Virus record (IMG/VR): IMGVR_UViG_3300009550_000008
From: a virus
Length of the DNA: 64,000 nucleotides
Direction: 5' to 3' (one strand)
The position numbers were made by a program, and so were the translations under genes. The notes beneath the pieces were generated by a model. That model was given only the letters and a program-made list of their open reading frames with translations. It made no database searches and was not told the origin of the DNA. Of this stretch, positions 38,781 through 49,007 are shown in pieces (positions within the stretch are counted from its first letter, which is position 1; the number at the start of each line of letters is the position of its first letter).

Positions 38781-39497
38781 ATGCCCTCATTCGACTCGAT
38801 CAATGTCGAACACATTGAGTCCCCTTTTTACATCGAAGACATGCCTTTGGGTAATACTGTCTATGTTATAGATGATTATCTAGAGTCTTCACTTCATAAA
38901 GCCATGCATAGACATTTAGATCAGTGTTCATGGCAAAAGACTAATCAAGTCGATTATAGGGGCCCGAATCGAGGAGGACTTCCTAATCATTCTTTATGGG
39001 GATGTTCTTTTATAGTAGGTGAAAAACAAAATGATGGATATCTAAATGGTGCATCAGGATGTTCTAATTATTTAATTAGATGGTTTAATAGAAGACTAGA
39101 AACAGACTTTGGTTTTGCATGGGTAAGGTTTCAATATGCTGGTGCAAACTCTCAAACCCATGGTCAACATGGAACATGTCATGCAGATTGTCAGAAAGAT
39201 GATGAATGGAATCTTTCCTTTCTTTATTATACAAATAGATTTTGGAATCCACACTGGGGTGGTAAGTTAAGATTCTATAGTGAAAATAGAGAAGGTGGAA
39301 TCTTAGAACAAATGGATGATGTCGAAATAGGTTCCATTGATTTCAAACCAAATCGTCTCTTAATGTTTGATGGAAGAATACAACATGGTGCAGAAGCTCC
39401 ATCAGAAGATGCACGATATATAGATAGAAGATCAATTGTCGTTAGAGGAGACGAGATCGAGTTATTAAATAGGGGAGATAGATATGCCTACAATTGA
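38781..39497 (+). CDS. 2OG-Fe(II) oxygenase (prolyl-4-hydroxylase-like)
   Basis: HAD (HxD), WNPHWGG.L.F, FKPNRLLMFDG.IQH, terminal R.S. Confidence 0.85.
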   Translation: MPSFDSINVEHIESPFYIEDMPLGNTVYVIDDYLESSLHKAMHRHLDQCSWQKTNQVDYRGPNRGGLPNHSLWGCSFIVGEKQNDGYLNGASGCSNYLIRWFNRRLETDFGFAWVRFQYAGANSQTHGQHGTCHADCQKDDEWNLSFLYYTNRFWNPHWGGKLRFYSENREGGILEQMDDVEIGSIDFKPNRLLMFDGRIQHGAEAPSEDARYIDRRSIVVRGDEIELLNRGDRYAYN

Positions 39498-40410
39498 GTT
39501 TAGAACATATAATAAACCATCGTTTGAAATGTTCAGACCAGTTGCAGCTAAATCTATGCAACCTGAATGGTGGAAGAAACAAAAGATTCGTGTAGATCAT
39601 CGTGGTCGTGTTGCACAAACAATAAGGTCTTGTCCTTCAATGCAAGACTGGTTAACAATGGGATATTATATTGTTTCAAGTGTTGATATCCCAATTAGAA
39701 ATGGATTAGATTGGAACTGGCCTAGTGGAGAAAGATTCTCTACGGATGAAGAAATTCCAGTACATTCTAGATCACACCCGTCTGCTCAAATGCAAGATTC
39801 TATAGAGTATTTGGGAGACGATGGCCCAGTTAAAGATGCATTTAAAATATCATCTTACTGGAATATGAAAACCCCGCCGGGCTATTCTGTTTTATTTTTA
39901 GACCCTTTCCTGTTTCAGAATAAATACTTTGCATGTTGGCAAGGAGTGATTGATACTGATGAGTTCAATGTTAATTTGGACAATGCACACATCATATTCT
40001 ATCCTAAAGTAAACCATTCATTTGTTATACCAGCTGGTACTCCACTGGTACAAGTGTTCCCATTTAAGAGGGAAGAATGGACATCAACATATTTTTTTCA
40101 AGAGCACTCAGATTGGCATAAGAATCATGGAACACATGAGAAGTCAATGCAAAAATGGCAAAGGAGTTTGGAATTGGTAGATGCAGATGGAACACCTAAT
40201 GAGAAGATCAACATCGGTGGTTATAGGAATGCTAAAATTTGGAAACCAAAGAGTAGATTCTTTGATAAACCCGAAGAAGTAAACCCACCACCTGAATGTC
40301 CAATGCACAGATCAGAAGAACAGCTGGAAATGGACTTTAATGATAAACAACGAGAGTTGACAGATTTAAATTGGGACGGTTCGGAGTCAAAGAAAATAGA
40401 TAGAGATTAG
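39484..40410 (+). CDS. Conserved hypothetical protein (DUF6065-like), often next to phage 2OG oxygenases
   Basis: TIRSCPSM.D....GY, KTPPGYSVLF..P, GVIDTD, IPAGTPLVQVFPFKRE.W. Confidence 0.6.
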   Translation: MPTIEFRTYNKPSFEMFRPVAAKSMQPEWWKKQKIRVDHRGRVAQTIRSCPSMQDWLTMGYYIVSSVDIPIRNGLDWNWPSGERFSTDEEIPVHSRSHPSAQMQDSIEYLGDDGPVKDAFKISSYWNMKTPPGYSVLFLDPFLFQNKYFACWQGVIDTDEFNVNLDNAHIIFYPKVNHSFVIPAGTPLVQVFPFKREEWTSTYFFQEHSDWHKNHGTHEKSMQKWQRSLELVDADGTPNEKINIGGYRNAKIWKPKSRFFDKPEEVNPPPECPMHRSEEQLEMDFNDKQRELTDLNWDGSESKKIDRD

Positions 40411-40413
40411 ATT

Positions 40414-41094
40414 ATGTCAGTTAGATTATTATTTCCAACATTACTTTTTGAGTATAACTTGTTGGAAGAAGGGTTAGTTACTCAAACATATTTGGATGAA
40501 TTAAAAGCAGATATGGATGCAATGAGAATGAAAGACCCAGTGGGAAGACAGATTTCTAATGCATATACTGGTTGGCAATCGAATGATGGTTGTGAGTCTA
40601 GGCCTGCATGGGTAAAAATGATGAGAATCATTAAAGAGAAATTCAACCAAGAGATACTTCCTTTTAGTGGAGTGGATACATCAAAATTCCAAGTTAGAAT
40701 GGGTAATTGTTGGGCAAATGTAAATGATAGAGGTGCATGGAATAAACCACATGGTCACAATGGATGTTGGTGGAGTGGTGCATTATATATTAATGCAGAA
40801 GGTGACGAAGGAGATTTCGTTGCAATCAATACAGACCCTAAAGTATTAAGTGACTTCCCAGCTGCACCTAGGTTTAGAGAGAATCATTGTATAAGACCTA
40901 TCTCAGGAACACTTCTTTGTTTCCCTAGTGGTCTACTACATATGGTTGAACCTAATGCATCAAGTAATGATAGATACAGTGTTGCATTTAATATGAATAA
41001 CGAAAGGTTAAGTGGGTCACCTCAAGAGACAGCAATTCCTATAGATGACAACTGGAATAAATTCGATATAGAAGAAGGCGAAGTAAAGAGATAA
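40414..41094 (+). CDS. Putative 2OG-Fe(II) oxygenase (TIGR02466-like)
   Basis: WANVN..G.WNKPHGH, WSGALY, FPSGLLHMVEPN, RYSVAFN. Confidence 0.85.
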   Translation: MSVRLLFPTLLFEYNLLEEGLVTQTYLDELKADMDAMRMKDPVGRQISNAYTGWQSNDGCESRPAWVKMMRIIKEKFNQEILPFSGVDTSKFQVRMGNCWANVNDRGAWNKPHGHNGCWWSGALYINAEGDEGDFVAINTDPKVLSDFPAAPRFRENHCIRPISGTLLCFPSGLLHMVEPNASSNDRYSVAFNMNNERLSGSPQETAIPIDDNWNKFDIEEGEVKR

Positions 41095-41111
41095 TTTCCA
41101 TAAATAATCGT

Positions 41112-41372
41112 ATGGAAATAACGATATCACCTTACATCATTTGGAATCTAGTGATGACTGTAATCATAGTCCCACTAGGATTTTTGATTCGTACAGTCCT
41201 ATCTGAACAAAAAAGACTAGATATTCTCGTCAATAAAACTAGGGAAGAGATCGCAAAAGACTATGCCACAAGAGAACAGATTGAGGCAGACTTCAATAGG
41301 ATTATGACTTCTATTCAGAAGATAGATGAGAAACTTGACAGACTTCAGCAGAAAACTTTCTTCCAAGAATAA
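41112..41372 (+). CDS. Small membrane protein (1 TM plus coiled coil)
   Basis: IIWNLVMTVIIVPLGFLI then heptad repeats; CATAAATA 5 nt upstream. Confidence 0.7.
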   Translation: MEITISPYIIWNLVMTVIIVPLGFLIRTVLSEQKRLDILVNKTREEIAKDYATREQIEADFNRIMTSIQKIDEKLDRLQQKTFFQE

Positions 41373-41378
41373 AAAAGG

Positions 41379-41386
41379 TATAAATA
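41379..41386 (+). promoter_or_regulatory. T4-type late promoter TATAAATA
   Basis: Perfect consensus upstream of gp13. Confidence 0.75.
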
Positions 41387-41414
41387 GTAGTATACGAAAG
41401 GAAATACTACTATT

Positions 41415-42230
41415 ATGGCAAAACCAAACTCAAAAGCATCATTAAAAGAATATGTTAAAAGAAGACTGGGAGCTCCAGTTTTAGAAATTAATGTAGACGA
41501 TGACCAGTTCGATGATAGAATTGATGAGGCATTGCAATACTTCCAAGAGTATCATTATGACGGTTCTATGCGTGTTTACTTAAAACACCAGTTAACTTCT
41601 GATAACATTGCAACTATGAGAACAGATGAGACCTTTACTGAGTCTGCAGCTGGTACTCATGACTATACAGATCAACAAGTAAAACAACAAAAGAATTATA
41701 TCGTTTTACCTGAGTTTGTATTGGCAGTCAATAGAATTTTCCCGTTCACCGATAAACACAACATGAACATGTTTGATCTTAGATATCAATTAAGATTAAA
41801 CGATCTATACGATCTTTCAGCTACAAATATTCTGTACTACGAAATGGTACAACAACACATCACAATGATGGATAATATTTTAGTTGGTCAAGTTCCAGTT
41901 AGATACAAACAACATATGAACAGACTATACCTCGATGGAGATATGGAATCACTGAACGCTGGTGAATTTATCATAATAGAATGTCATAGAAAAATAGACC
42001 CAACCGATTTCACAGATATATACAACGACATGTGGTTAAAAAGATATACAACTGCATTAGTGAAACACCAGTGGTCAGAGAATTTATCGAAGTTTGAGGG
42101 AATTGCATTGCCTGGCGGTGTGACTATGAATGCATCAGAAATGAAAGCACAAGCACAAGAGGAGATAACAAAGCTGGAAGAAGAGAGTAGGTTAAACTAC
42201 GAACTTCCCGTCATGGATATAATGGGGTAA
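41415..42230 (+). CDS. gp13: Neck protein gp13
   Basis: RRLGAPVLEINVDDDQ..DRIDEALQYF.EYHYDG, WLKRYTTALVK.QW..NL.KF.G..LPGGV. Confidence 0.93.
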   Translation: MAKPNSKASLKEYVKRRLGAPVLEINVDDDQFDDRIDEALQYFQEYHYDGSMRVYLKHQLTSDNIATMRTDETFTESAAGTHDYTDQQVKQQKNYIVLPEFVLAVNRIFPFTDKHNMNMFDLRYQLRLNDLYDLSATNILYYEMVQQHITMMDNILVGQVPVRYKQHMNRLYLDGDMESLNAGEFIIIECHRKIDPTDFTDIYNDMWLKRYTTALVKHQWSENLSKFEGIALPGGVTMNASEMKAQAQEEITKLEEESRLNYELPVMDIMG

Positions 42231-42234
42231 TTGA

Positions 42235-43092
42235 ATGCCTACGAATGTTTACTTTAATCATGCTGTAAAGACAGAACAGCACCTCTATGAGGACTTAGTC
42301 GTTGAATCATTACGATTCTACGGACACGATGTCTTATATCTACCTAGAACAATTGTAGAAGAGGATACTATTTTCACCGAGGATGTACAATCCACATTCG
42401 GTGACGCCTATTCGGTTGAAATGTATCTCGAAAATACAGAAGGGTTCGAAGGAGACGGAGACCTTGTTTCTAAGTTCGGTGTACAGATACAAGAGGAAGC
42501 AACATTCATTATATCTTTAAGAACATGGGAGAGATTCATTTCCCTAGATTCTAACCTTGCAGTATCACTAAGACCTAACGAAGGGGATTTAATTTACTTC
42601 CCACTTACAGGTTCATTATTTGAAATCAGATTCGTAGAAGACCAAGACCCATTCTTCCAGTTAGGAAAGATGTTTGTATTCAAGATGAGATGTTCATTGT
42701 TCGAATACTCAGGAGAAGATTTCGATACTGGTACAAGTGCAGACTTGGTAGAAGCAGATCAAGCTTACACAATCGAATTGACCATGACTGGTTCAGGAAA
42801 CTATACTCATGGAGAGAATTTAACTACTGTAATTGATTCAGTTACACATACAGTTGGAGAGGTTGTACTATGGCAACCAAACGCAAACAAACTTACAATT
42901 AAGGATAACACTAAGACACTACAAGTTGGAGATACACTAACAGGTGCATCATCTACAACTGCAAGAGCAATTGGAAGTATCGTGGATGTTCAATCATTCC
43001 ATAATCTAGCTTCTGCTCAGAATGTAGAGTTCGAAGAGAAGGATAGTTCATATCTAGACTTTAGTGAAGTGAATCCATTCGGTGAACCATAA
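42235..43092 (+). CDS. gp14: Neck protein gp14
   Basis: EQ.LYEDLVVESL..YG, SKFG, RPNEGDLIYFP, PFFQLGK, DFSEVNPFG. Confidence 0.93.
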   Translation: MPTNVYFNHAVKTEQHLYEDLVVESLRFYGHDVLYLPRTIVEEDTIFTEDVQSTFGDAYSVEMYLENTEGFEGDGDLVSKFGVQIQEEATFIISLRTWERFISLDSNLAVSLRPNEGDLIYFPLTGSLFEIRFVEDQDPFFQLGKMFVFKMRCSLFEYSGEDFDTGTSADLVEADQAYTIELTMTGSGNYTHGENLTTVIDSVTHTVGEVVLWQPNANKLTIKDNTKTLQVGDTLTGASSTTARAIGSIVDVQSFHNLASAQNVEFEEKDSSYLDFSEVNPFGEP

Positions 43093-43093
43093 A

Positions 43094-43309
43094 ATGATAG
43101 AAAAAATAATAGCAGAAACGATTGGTTGTGACCAAGACGCAGTAAAAGATAAATCAAATTTTGTAAAAGATTTAGGTGCAGACTCATTAAATATTGTTGA
43201 ATTGGTCATGGAAATTGAAAAAGAATTTGATATAGAAGTTCCTGATGATGATGCAGAAACATTACATACAGTTGCAGACTTGAAACAGTATATTGAGGAC
43301 AACTCATAA
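43094..43309 (+). CDS. acpP: Acyl carrier protein
   Basis: DLGADSL (phosphopantetheine Ser), VELVM.IE.EFDIEVPD..AE...TV.D. Alternative GTG start at 43082. Confidence 0.9.
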   Translation: MIEKIIAETIGCDQDAVKDKSNFVKDLGADSLNIVELVMEIEKEFDIEVPDDDAETLHTVADLKQYIEDNS

Positions 43310-44358
43310 TGTTCGGAACATATTTTTATAACGAAACAATCAAGAGATCAATATCAGTCTTTGGTACATTGTTCAATAATATTGACATCAAGAAAACTAA
43401 AGCTGATGGGACTGTACTCACATCACAAAAAGTACCCATAAGTTATGGGCCTAAACAAAAGTTCCTCTTAAGGTTACAAGACGATGCAAAGGCAAGGGAT
43501 GGTAGTGTTACCTCGATCTCTTTACCTCGTATTGCATTTGAAATGACTGGATTAGAATACGACCCTACAAGACAACAAAATAAATTAATCAGAACTTCTA
43601 AGACAACAGTAGAAACTGCAGATACAGGAAAGAGAGGATTCCAGTATCAACCAGCTCCATATAACATTAACTTTTCTTTATCAATACTTGCAAAGAATGT
43701 TATAGATGGTATACAGATTTTAGAACAAATACTTCCTTACTTCCAACCTGAGTATACCGTTGCAATGAAAATGGTAGACAGTATGAGTGAAGTAAGAGAT
43801 GTACCAGTCATATTAACATCTACCAATATGGAAGATATGTATGAAGGTGCATTCGAAGAAAGACGAGTTATCGAATATACACTAGAATTTACTATGAAGA
43901 CATACTTCTTCGGCCCAGTTTATACAGGTGAGGTTATTAAGAATGTTATCGAAAGAGATTACATTAATGATAATGTTCAAGCTGGATTTACTTCAACTGA
44001 GATACAAAACTCAGGACTGGTCAAAGAAGTGAAACACTACGAACCAGCATTCGGTGAAGTTGCTAATGCAGTATCGAACAGTTCAACAGTGTCCTTTCCA
44101 AGTGTAATAAATAGTAAGATAAGTGCAAACGATGAAGTGTTTGGTACAAATTTATCAACCAATCCTACAGTTAGTAGTGTTGCAAGTGATAAACTATCAA
44201 TAGTATTGAGTAGTAATGTTACTATCGATGCTGGTACTACACTTAAGTTTGTTGGTTCAGTTGACCCGAGTGATACATTTGTGGTTGCTGAGACGGTGAC
44301 TTTTTATGATGAAGGTGGTAGTTCGACTTATTCGGAAGACCTCGCTGGTGATGCATAG
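43309..44358 (+). CDS. gp15: Tail sheath stabiliser/terminator gp15
   Basis: YFYNE..KR....FGTLFN, VPISYGPKQKFL, LPR, QILEQILPYFQP. Confidence 0.93.
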   Translation: MFGTYFYNETIKRSISVFGTLFNNIDIKKTKADGTVLTSQKVPISYGPKQKFLLRLQDDAKARDGSVTSISLPRIAFEMTGLEYDPTRQQNKLIRTSKTTVETADTGKRGFQYQPAPYNINFSLSILAKNVIDGIQILEQILPYFQPEYTVAMKMVDSMSEVRDVPVILTSTNMEDMYEGAFEERRVIEYTLEFTMKTYFFGPVYTGEVIKNVIERDYINDNVQAGFTSTEIQNSGLVKEVKHYEPAFGEVANAVSNSSTVSFPSVINSKISANDEVFGTNLSTNPTVSSVASDKLSIVLSSNVTIDAGTTLKFVGSVDPSDTFVVAETVTFYDEGGSSTYSEDLAGDA

Positions 44359-44360
44359 TT

Positions 44361-44774
44361 ATGGCAAAAGAAATAGACGAAAAATTAGATAATCTTCTTG
44401 ATATCGGTTCTGATATCAAACAAGAAACCAAGTTAGTCAAACTTCCGACAAGGGAGAAGAATATTGAAACAGACTACAAGTATGCCCGTGAGAACCTCTA
44501 TGACCTCGTAGAACGCGGTCAGGATGCAATAGACGGCATACTAGAACTATCCAAAGAGACAGAACACCCTAGGGCATATGAAGTTGCTGGACAACTTATA
44601 AAGACTGTATCTGAGACTGCAGAGAAGTTAATAGATATACAGAAGAAATTAAAAGACCTAGAGAAAGAAGATAGTTCCGTAAGAACGCAACACAATCACC
44701 TTTATGTAGGTTCAACAAGTGAGTTGCAAAAGTTCTTAAAGAAGGAGTCTAAGAAAGATGTTCGAGACGATTGA
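44361..44774 (+). CDS. gp16: Terminase small subunit gp16
   Basis: DYKYARENL, HPRAYEVAGQLIK, VGSTSELQK. Confidence 0.92.
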   Translation: MAKEIDEKLDNLLDIGSDIKQETKLVKLPTREKNIETDYKYARENLYDLVERGQDAIDGILELSKETEHPRAYEVAGQLIKTVSETAEKLIDIQKKLKDLEKEDSSVRTQHNHLYVGSTSELQKFLKKESKKDVRDD

Positions 44775-45360
44775 AAACCCAAAATTTGCCCCTATACCAA
44801 ACGATTTAACAACGGATGACCCGTTGTGGATGATCTCGTTAGCACAGATCACACGACACAATGAACATTATTGGACGGATGTTGATGATATCCATACCTA
44901 TAATGCATATGAAACTATAATTAAAGACAAGGTTAAAGACAAAGTAGTTTGTGACCTAGGGAGTGGTCTAGGAGTATTACTTCACCTTGCAGAATACCAT
45001 GGTGCAAAAGAATGTATTGGAATAGAATCTAATACACAAGCAGCTGTATACTCTCAGGGTATGTACCCTCACTGGAATATTATACACAACAACTTCTTTA
45101 AAATGCATGATTGGCCAGTGGCAGATATCTATCTGCATAATCTAGATCAATCAATATTAAAACCTATGATGGATAAGGCAGAACTGGTAGGTTTACATCA
45201 TGATTATCAAATATTCCCAAGACCAAAGAACCTACGAGACACACCTAAAGGGGTCATAGAGTCCTCTCTAGTGCCGTTAGAAGGTGAACCTATGGATGGA
45301 ATGGTAGACTTTGTTAAAACCCATCACAGGGCCTTTAAAGAGAGGTTACGACTTGGTTAA
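44758..45360 (+). CDS. Class I SAM-dependent methyltransferase
   Basis: KDKVVCDLGSGLGVL...GAK.CIGIE, followed by ADI. Confidence 0.75.
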   Translation: MFETIENPKFAPIPNDLTTDDPLWMISLAQITRHNEHYWTDVDDIHTYNAYETIIKDKVKDKVVCDLGSGLGVLLHLAEYHGAKECIGIESNTQAAVYSQGMYPHWNIIHNNFFKMHDWPVADIYLHNLDQSILKPMMDKAELVGLHHDYQIFPRPKNLRDTPKGVIESSLVPLEGEPMDGMVDFVKTHHRAFKERLRLG

Positions 45361-46957
45361 ACCAGTAAATGAAGGATACTTAGGAAACACCCTCATCAAG
45401 AGAGCAGGTGTCGAGTCCCAGTATACCAAAGAAGAGTTAGAAGAATACATGAAGTGTTCTAAAGACCCTTGTCATTTTATTGAAACCTATACTCAGATCA
45501 TATCTCTAGATGAGGGTATGGTTCCATTTAAACTGCGTGGATATCAAGATAAACTTATAGAACATTATAACTCAAATAGATTTAATGTAGTTCTTGCATC
45601 AAGACAGTCAGGTAAATCGATCACATCATGTGCATATCTATTATGGTTCCTATTGTTTCATCCCGAAGTAACAGTCGCGGTACTTGCAAACAAAGGTGCA
45701 ATTGCAAGGGAGATGATCGCAAGAATCGTAACCATGTTAGAGTCTGTACCGTTCTTTTTACAGCCAGGCGTTAAGATTCTAAACAAAGGTTCGATAGAAT
45801 TTGCAAACGATTCGAAGGTGGTTGCAGCTGCAACATCTTCAAGTTCGATTCGTGGTATGTCAATTAACTTACTATACCTCGATGAGTTTGCATTCGTTGA
45901 TGATGCAGATACATTCTATACTGCAACATATCCCGTTATCACATCAGGTAAAGACTCGAAGGTTATCATTACATCTACTGCAAACGGTGTAGGTAATATG
46001 TTTCATAGAATATACGAGTCTGCAGTACACGAACAATCAGAATATAAACACTTTATCATAAACTGGTACGATGTGCCGGGCCGTGATGAAGAATGGAAGA
46101 AAGAGACCATTGCAAACACCTCAGAGGCACAGTTTGAACAAGAGTATGGTAACTCATTCTTAGGAACAGGAAACACCCTAATCAACTCAGATACCTTGTT
46201 AGGTATGATGGCATATGAACCTGAATGGAATAGGGATAGCGTAAACATATATAAAACACCAATAGAAGGACATGAGTATGTCTGTACGGTTGATGTTGCA
46301 AAAGGGAGAGGTATGGACTTCTCTACATTTACCGTCATCGATGTATCTACGAGTCCTTTTGAACAGGTTGCAACATATAGGGATAGTATGATAAGTCCCA
46401 TGCTGTTTCCTGATATTATAAATAAGTATGTAAGAAATTATAATGATGCATTAGTTATAATTGAAAACAATGCTGAGGGTGGAATGGTAGCAACTCAGTT
46501 ACACTATGATATTGAATATCCAAATGTGTTTGTCCAAGGACAATTGAAAGCAGAGGATATCGGTGTCACAGTTAACAAAAAAATTAAAAGAATTGGTTGC
46601 TCTACACTCAAAGAATTATTAGAGGAAAATAGATTAAAAGTTGTAGATCGTGCTACTATAACAGAATTGATGACCTTTGTCACAAAAGGAAATTCCTTTC
46701 AAGCTGACAGAGGATATCATGACGATATGGTTATGAATCTAGTGTTATTCAGTTGGTTCATCACTACTGAATATTTTTATCACCTTACGGATAAACAGGT
46801 TAAAGACTTGTTATATGCCGAACAACAAAAGATGATAGAAGACGATGTCTTACCAGCTGGGGTCTTCGGAGATGTTAAACCCGAGGAAACTACCTTTGTC
46901 GATGACGAAGGAGACCGTTGGTATAGTAAAGACATGGGTAATGAGATGAAATTGTAG
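45353..46957 (+). CDS. gp17: Terminase large subunit gp17
   Basis: SRQSGKS Walker A, YLDEFAF Walker B, ITSTANG, DVAKG, HDDMVM. Probable TTG start at 45353 after AGAGG (track gives 45311). Confidence 0.95.
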   Translation: MVKPVNEGYLGNTLIKRAGVESQYTKEELEEYMKCSKDPCHFIETYTQIISLDEGMVPFKLRGYQDKLIEHYNSNRFNVVLASRQSGKSITSCAYLLWFLLFHPEVTVAVLANKGAIAREMIARIVTMLESVPFFLQPGVKILNKGSIEFANDSKVVAAATSSSSIRGMSINLLYLDEFAFVDDADTFYTATYPVITSGKDSKVIITSTANGVGNMFHRIYESAVHEQSEYKHFIINWYDVPGRDEEWKKETIANTSEAQFEQEYGNSFLGTGNTLINSDTLLGMMAYEPEWNRDSVNIYKTPIEGHEYVCTVDVAKGRGMDFSTFTVIDVSTSPFEQVATYRDSMISPMLFPDIINKYVRNYNDALVIIENNAEGGMVATQLHYDIEYPNVFVQGQLKAEDIGVTVNKKIKRIGCSTLKELLEENRLKVVDRATITELMTFVTKGNSFQADRGYHDDMVMNLVLFSWFITTEYFYHLTDKQVKDLLYAEQQKMIEDDVLPAGVFGDVKPEETTFVDDEGDRWYSKDMGNEMKL

Positions 46958-46977
46958 TTCTTTAGAAACTATAAAGT

Positions 46978-46985
46978 TATAAATA
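46978..46985 (+). promoter_or_regulatory. T4-type late promoter TATAAATA
   Basis: Perfect consensus upstream of gp18. Confidence 0.8.
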
Positions 46986-47023
46986 AAACAGTAAACAACT
47001 TTTTACATTAACAGGAGAAAAAT

Positions 47024-48997
47024 ATGGCATTTCAAGTATCACCAGGCGTACAAGTCAAAGAAGTTGACTTGACAAATGTTGTGCCTGCAGTATCTTCTAC
47101 TATTGGAGGATTCGCGGGTTCATTTAGATGGGGCCCTGTTGATGAAGTAGTATCAGTTTCAGATAGCAAAGGTTTGGTAGACCATTTCTTTACACCAGCA
47201 GACACAGACGCTGGTGCCGAGGATTTCTACTCTGCAGAGGCTTTCTTAAGATATGGTTCATCATTAAAAGTTGTTCGTGTTGCAAGTGCAACTGCCTATA
47301 ACGCAAACGCAGGAGGAGACTCCGATGCTTCCATCAAAAACCTTGATGCATATCAAACAGGTTTTGAAAATGGTGGTGCAGCGGGAACCGTTGGGGCATG
47401 GACTGCAAAATATCCAGGCGCAATTGGAAACTCATTGAAAGTTTCAGTATGTGCATCTCCTGATGCATATTACAATGACAATGTAACTACTCTAGACGCT
47501 GCAGAAGCAGCTGGTCAGACAGTTATCAGTGTTACAGCAGAAACAGGTTTCAATGTTAGAGATATCGTCAGGTTTGGTACTGATACTCAAGAATATAGAG
47601 TAACAGCAACTGCAACAGGAACAATAACCGTAGAAGCCCTAAACCAACCAGCTGGAACTGGATTAGTCAACGCAGTTGACAACTCTACACAAGTTCACAG
47701 ATATTGGGAGTTTTATAATCAATTTGATAAAGCTCCAGGCACATCTGCATCTGCAACAGCAGCTTCAGGTAGTGCAGACGAGATTCATGTCGTAGTTATA
47801 GACGAAGACGGAGTTATCACAGGTAAACAACACGAAGTTCTAGAAACTTACGGGTTTGTTTCATGTGCATCTGACAGTAAAGATGCATCAGGTAATTCAA
47901 ATTACTACAAGACTAAAATCAACAATCAATCAGATTGGATTTGGTGGACTGGTCACAGTACATCAACTCACCCAGCTGTAAATAGCACTCATACACATGC
48001 ATTATCAGGTTCTACTGCATTCGGTAGACCTTCTGCACCAATCGCATCATCTCTAGCAGATGGAGCTGACGGTGCATTACCTACACCAGCAATTAAATAT
48101 GGTGGATATGTAGATAATTTCGGAGATGCAGAAACTATGGATGTTAGTTTCCTAATTACAGGTTCTACTAGAACTTCAAACGGAGACCTATTAACAGATC
48201 ACAATACGATTGTTAACCAATTAATTCAAATCGCAGAAAACCGTAAAGACTGTATGGTAATTGCTTCACCTCGAAGAGCATCAGTCGTTAATGTCGCTTC
48301 TGAATCAACTCAAAGTTCAAATGTAGTAGCAGATTATGCATCAGTTACTTCAAGTTCTTATGCAGTATTAGATTCAGGTTGGGTATACCAATATGACAGA
48401 TATAACGATAGATACTGTTGGGTGCCAGGCAACGGACATACATCAGGTATCATGGCAAGAGCAGACCTATTAAGAGACCCTTGGTATTCACCAGCAGGAT
48501 TCTCTAGAGGTCAGTATCTAGGAATTACAAAACTTGCATTTAACCCATCGCAATCATCGAGAGATGATCTATATCAAGCAAGAATTAATCCAATAGTTAC
48601 ATTCCCAGGCCAAGGAACAGTTCTTTTCGGAGATAAAACTGCATTAAGTACACCATCTGCATTCGATAGAATCAATGTCAGAAGGTTGTTCATTGTCTTA
48701 GAGAAAGCAATTGCGGTTGCAGCTAAATCACAACTCTTTGAATTCAACGATGCATTCACAAGAGCACAGTTTAGAGCAGCGGTAGAACCTTTCTTAAGAG
48801 ATGTTAAGAACAGAAGGGGTCTAACAGACTTCACAGTATTATGTGATGAAACAAACAACACTGATACAGTTATAGATAGAAACGAATTTGTATGTTCTAT
48901 CTTTGTGAAACCTGCTAGAAGTATTAACTTTATCACTCTTAACTTCGTGGCTGCAAGGTCAGGGGTTGAGTTTGAAGAAATCTACGGAGCAGTTTAA
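47024..48997 (+). CDS. gp18: Tail sheath protein gp18
   Basis: SPGVQVKEVDLT, FRWGP, WYSPAG..RG, FDRINVRRLF, KPARSINFI.LNF. Confidence 0.96.
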   Translation: MAFQVSPGVQVKEVDLTNVVPAVSSTIGGFAGSFRWGPVDEVVSVSDSKGLVDHFFTPADTDAGAEDFYSAEAFLRYGSSLKVVRVASATAYNANAGGDSDASIKNLDAYQTGFENGGAAGTVGAWTAKYPGAIGNSLKVSVCASPDAYYNDNVTTLDAAEAAGQTVISVTAETGFNVRDIVRFGTDTQEYRVTATATGTITVEALNQPAGTGLVNAVDNSTQVHRYWEFYNQFDKAPGTSASATAASGSADEIHVVVIDEDGVITGKQHEVLETYGFVSCASDSKDASGNSNYYKTKINNQSDWIWWTGHSTSTHPAVNSTHTHALSGSTAFGRPSAPIASSLADGADGALPTPAIKYGGYVDNFGDAETMDVSFLITGSTRTSNGDLLTDHNTIVNQLIQIAENRKDCMVIASPRRASVVNVASESTQSSNVVADYASVTSSSYAVLDSGWVYQYDRYNDRYCWVPGNGHTSGIMARADLLRDPWYSPAGFSRGQYLGITKLAFNPSQSSRDDLYQARINPIVTFPGQGTVLFGDKTALSTPSAFDRINVRRLFIVLEKAIAVAAKSQLFEFNDAFTRAQFRAAVEPFLRDVKNRRGLTDFTVLCDETNNTDTVIDRNEFVCSIFVKPARSINFITLNFVAARSGVEFEEIYGAV

Positions 48998-49007
48998 GGA
49001 GTAAAGA

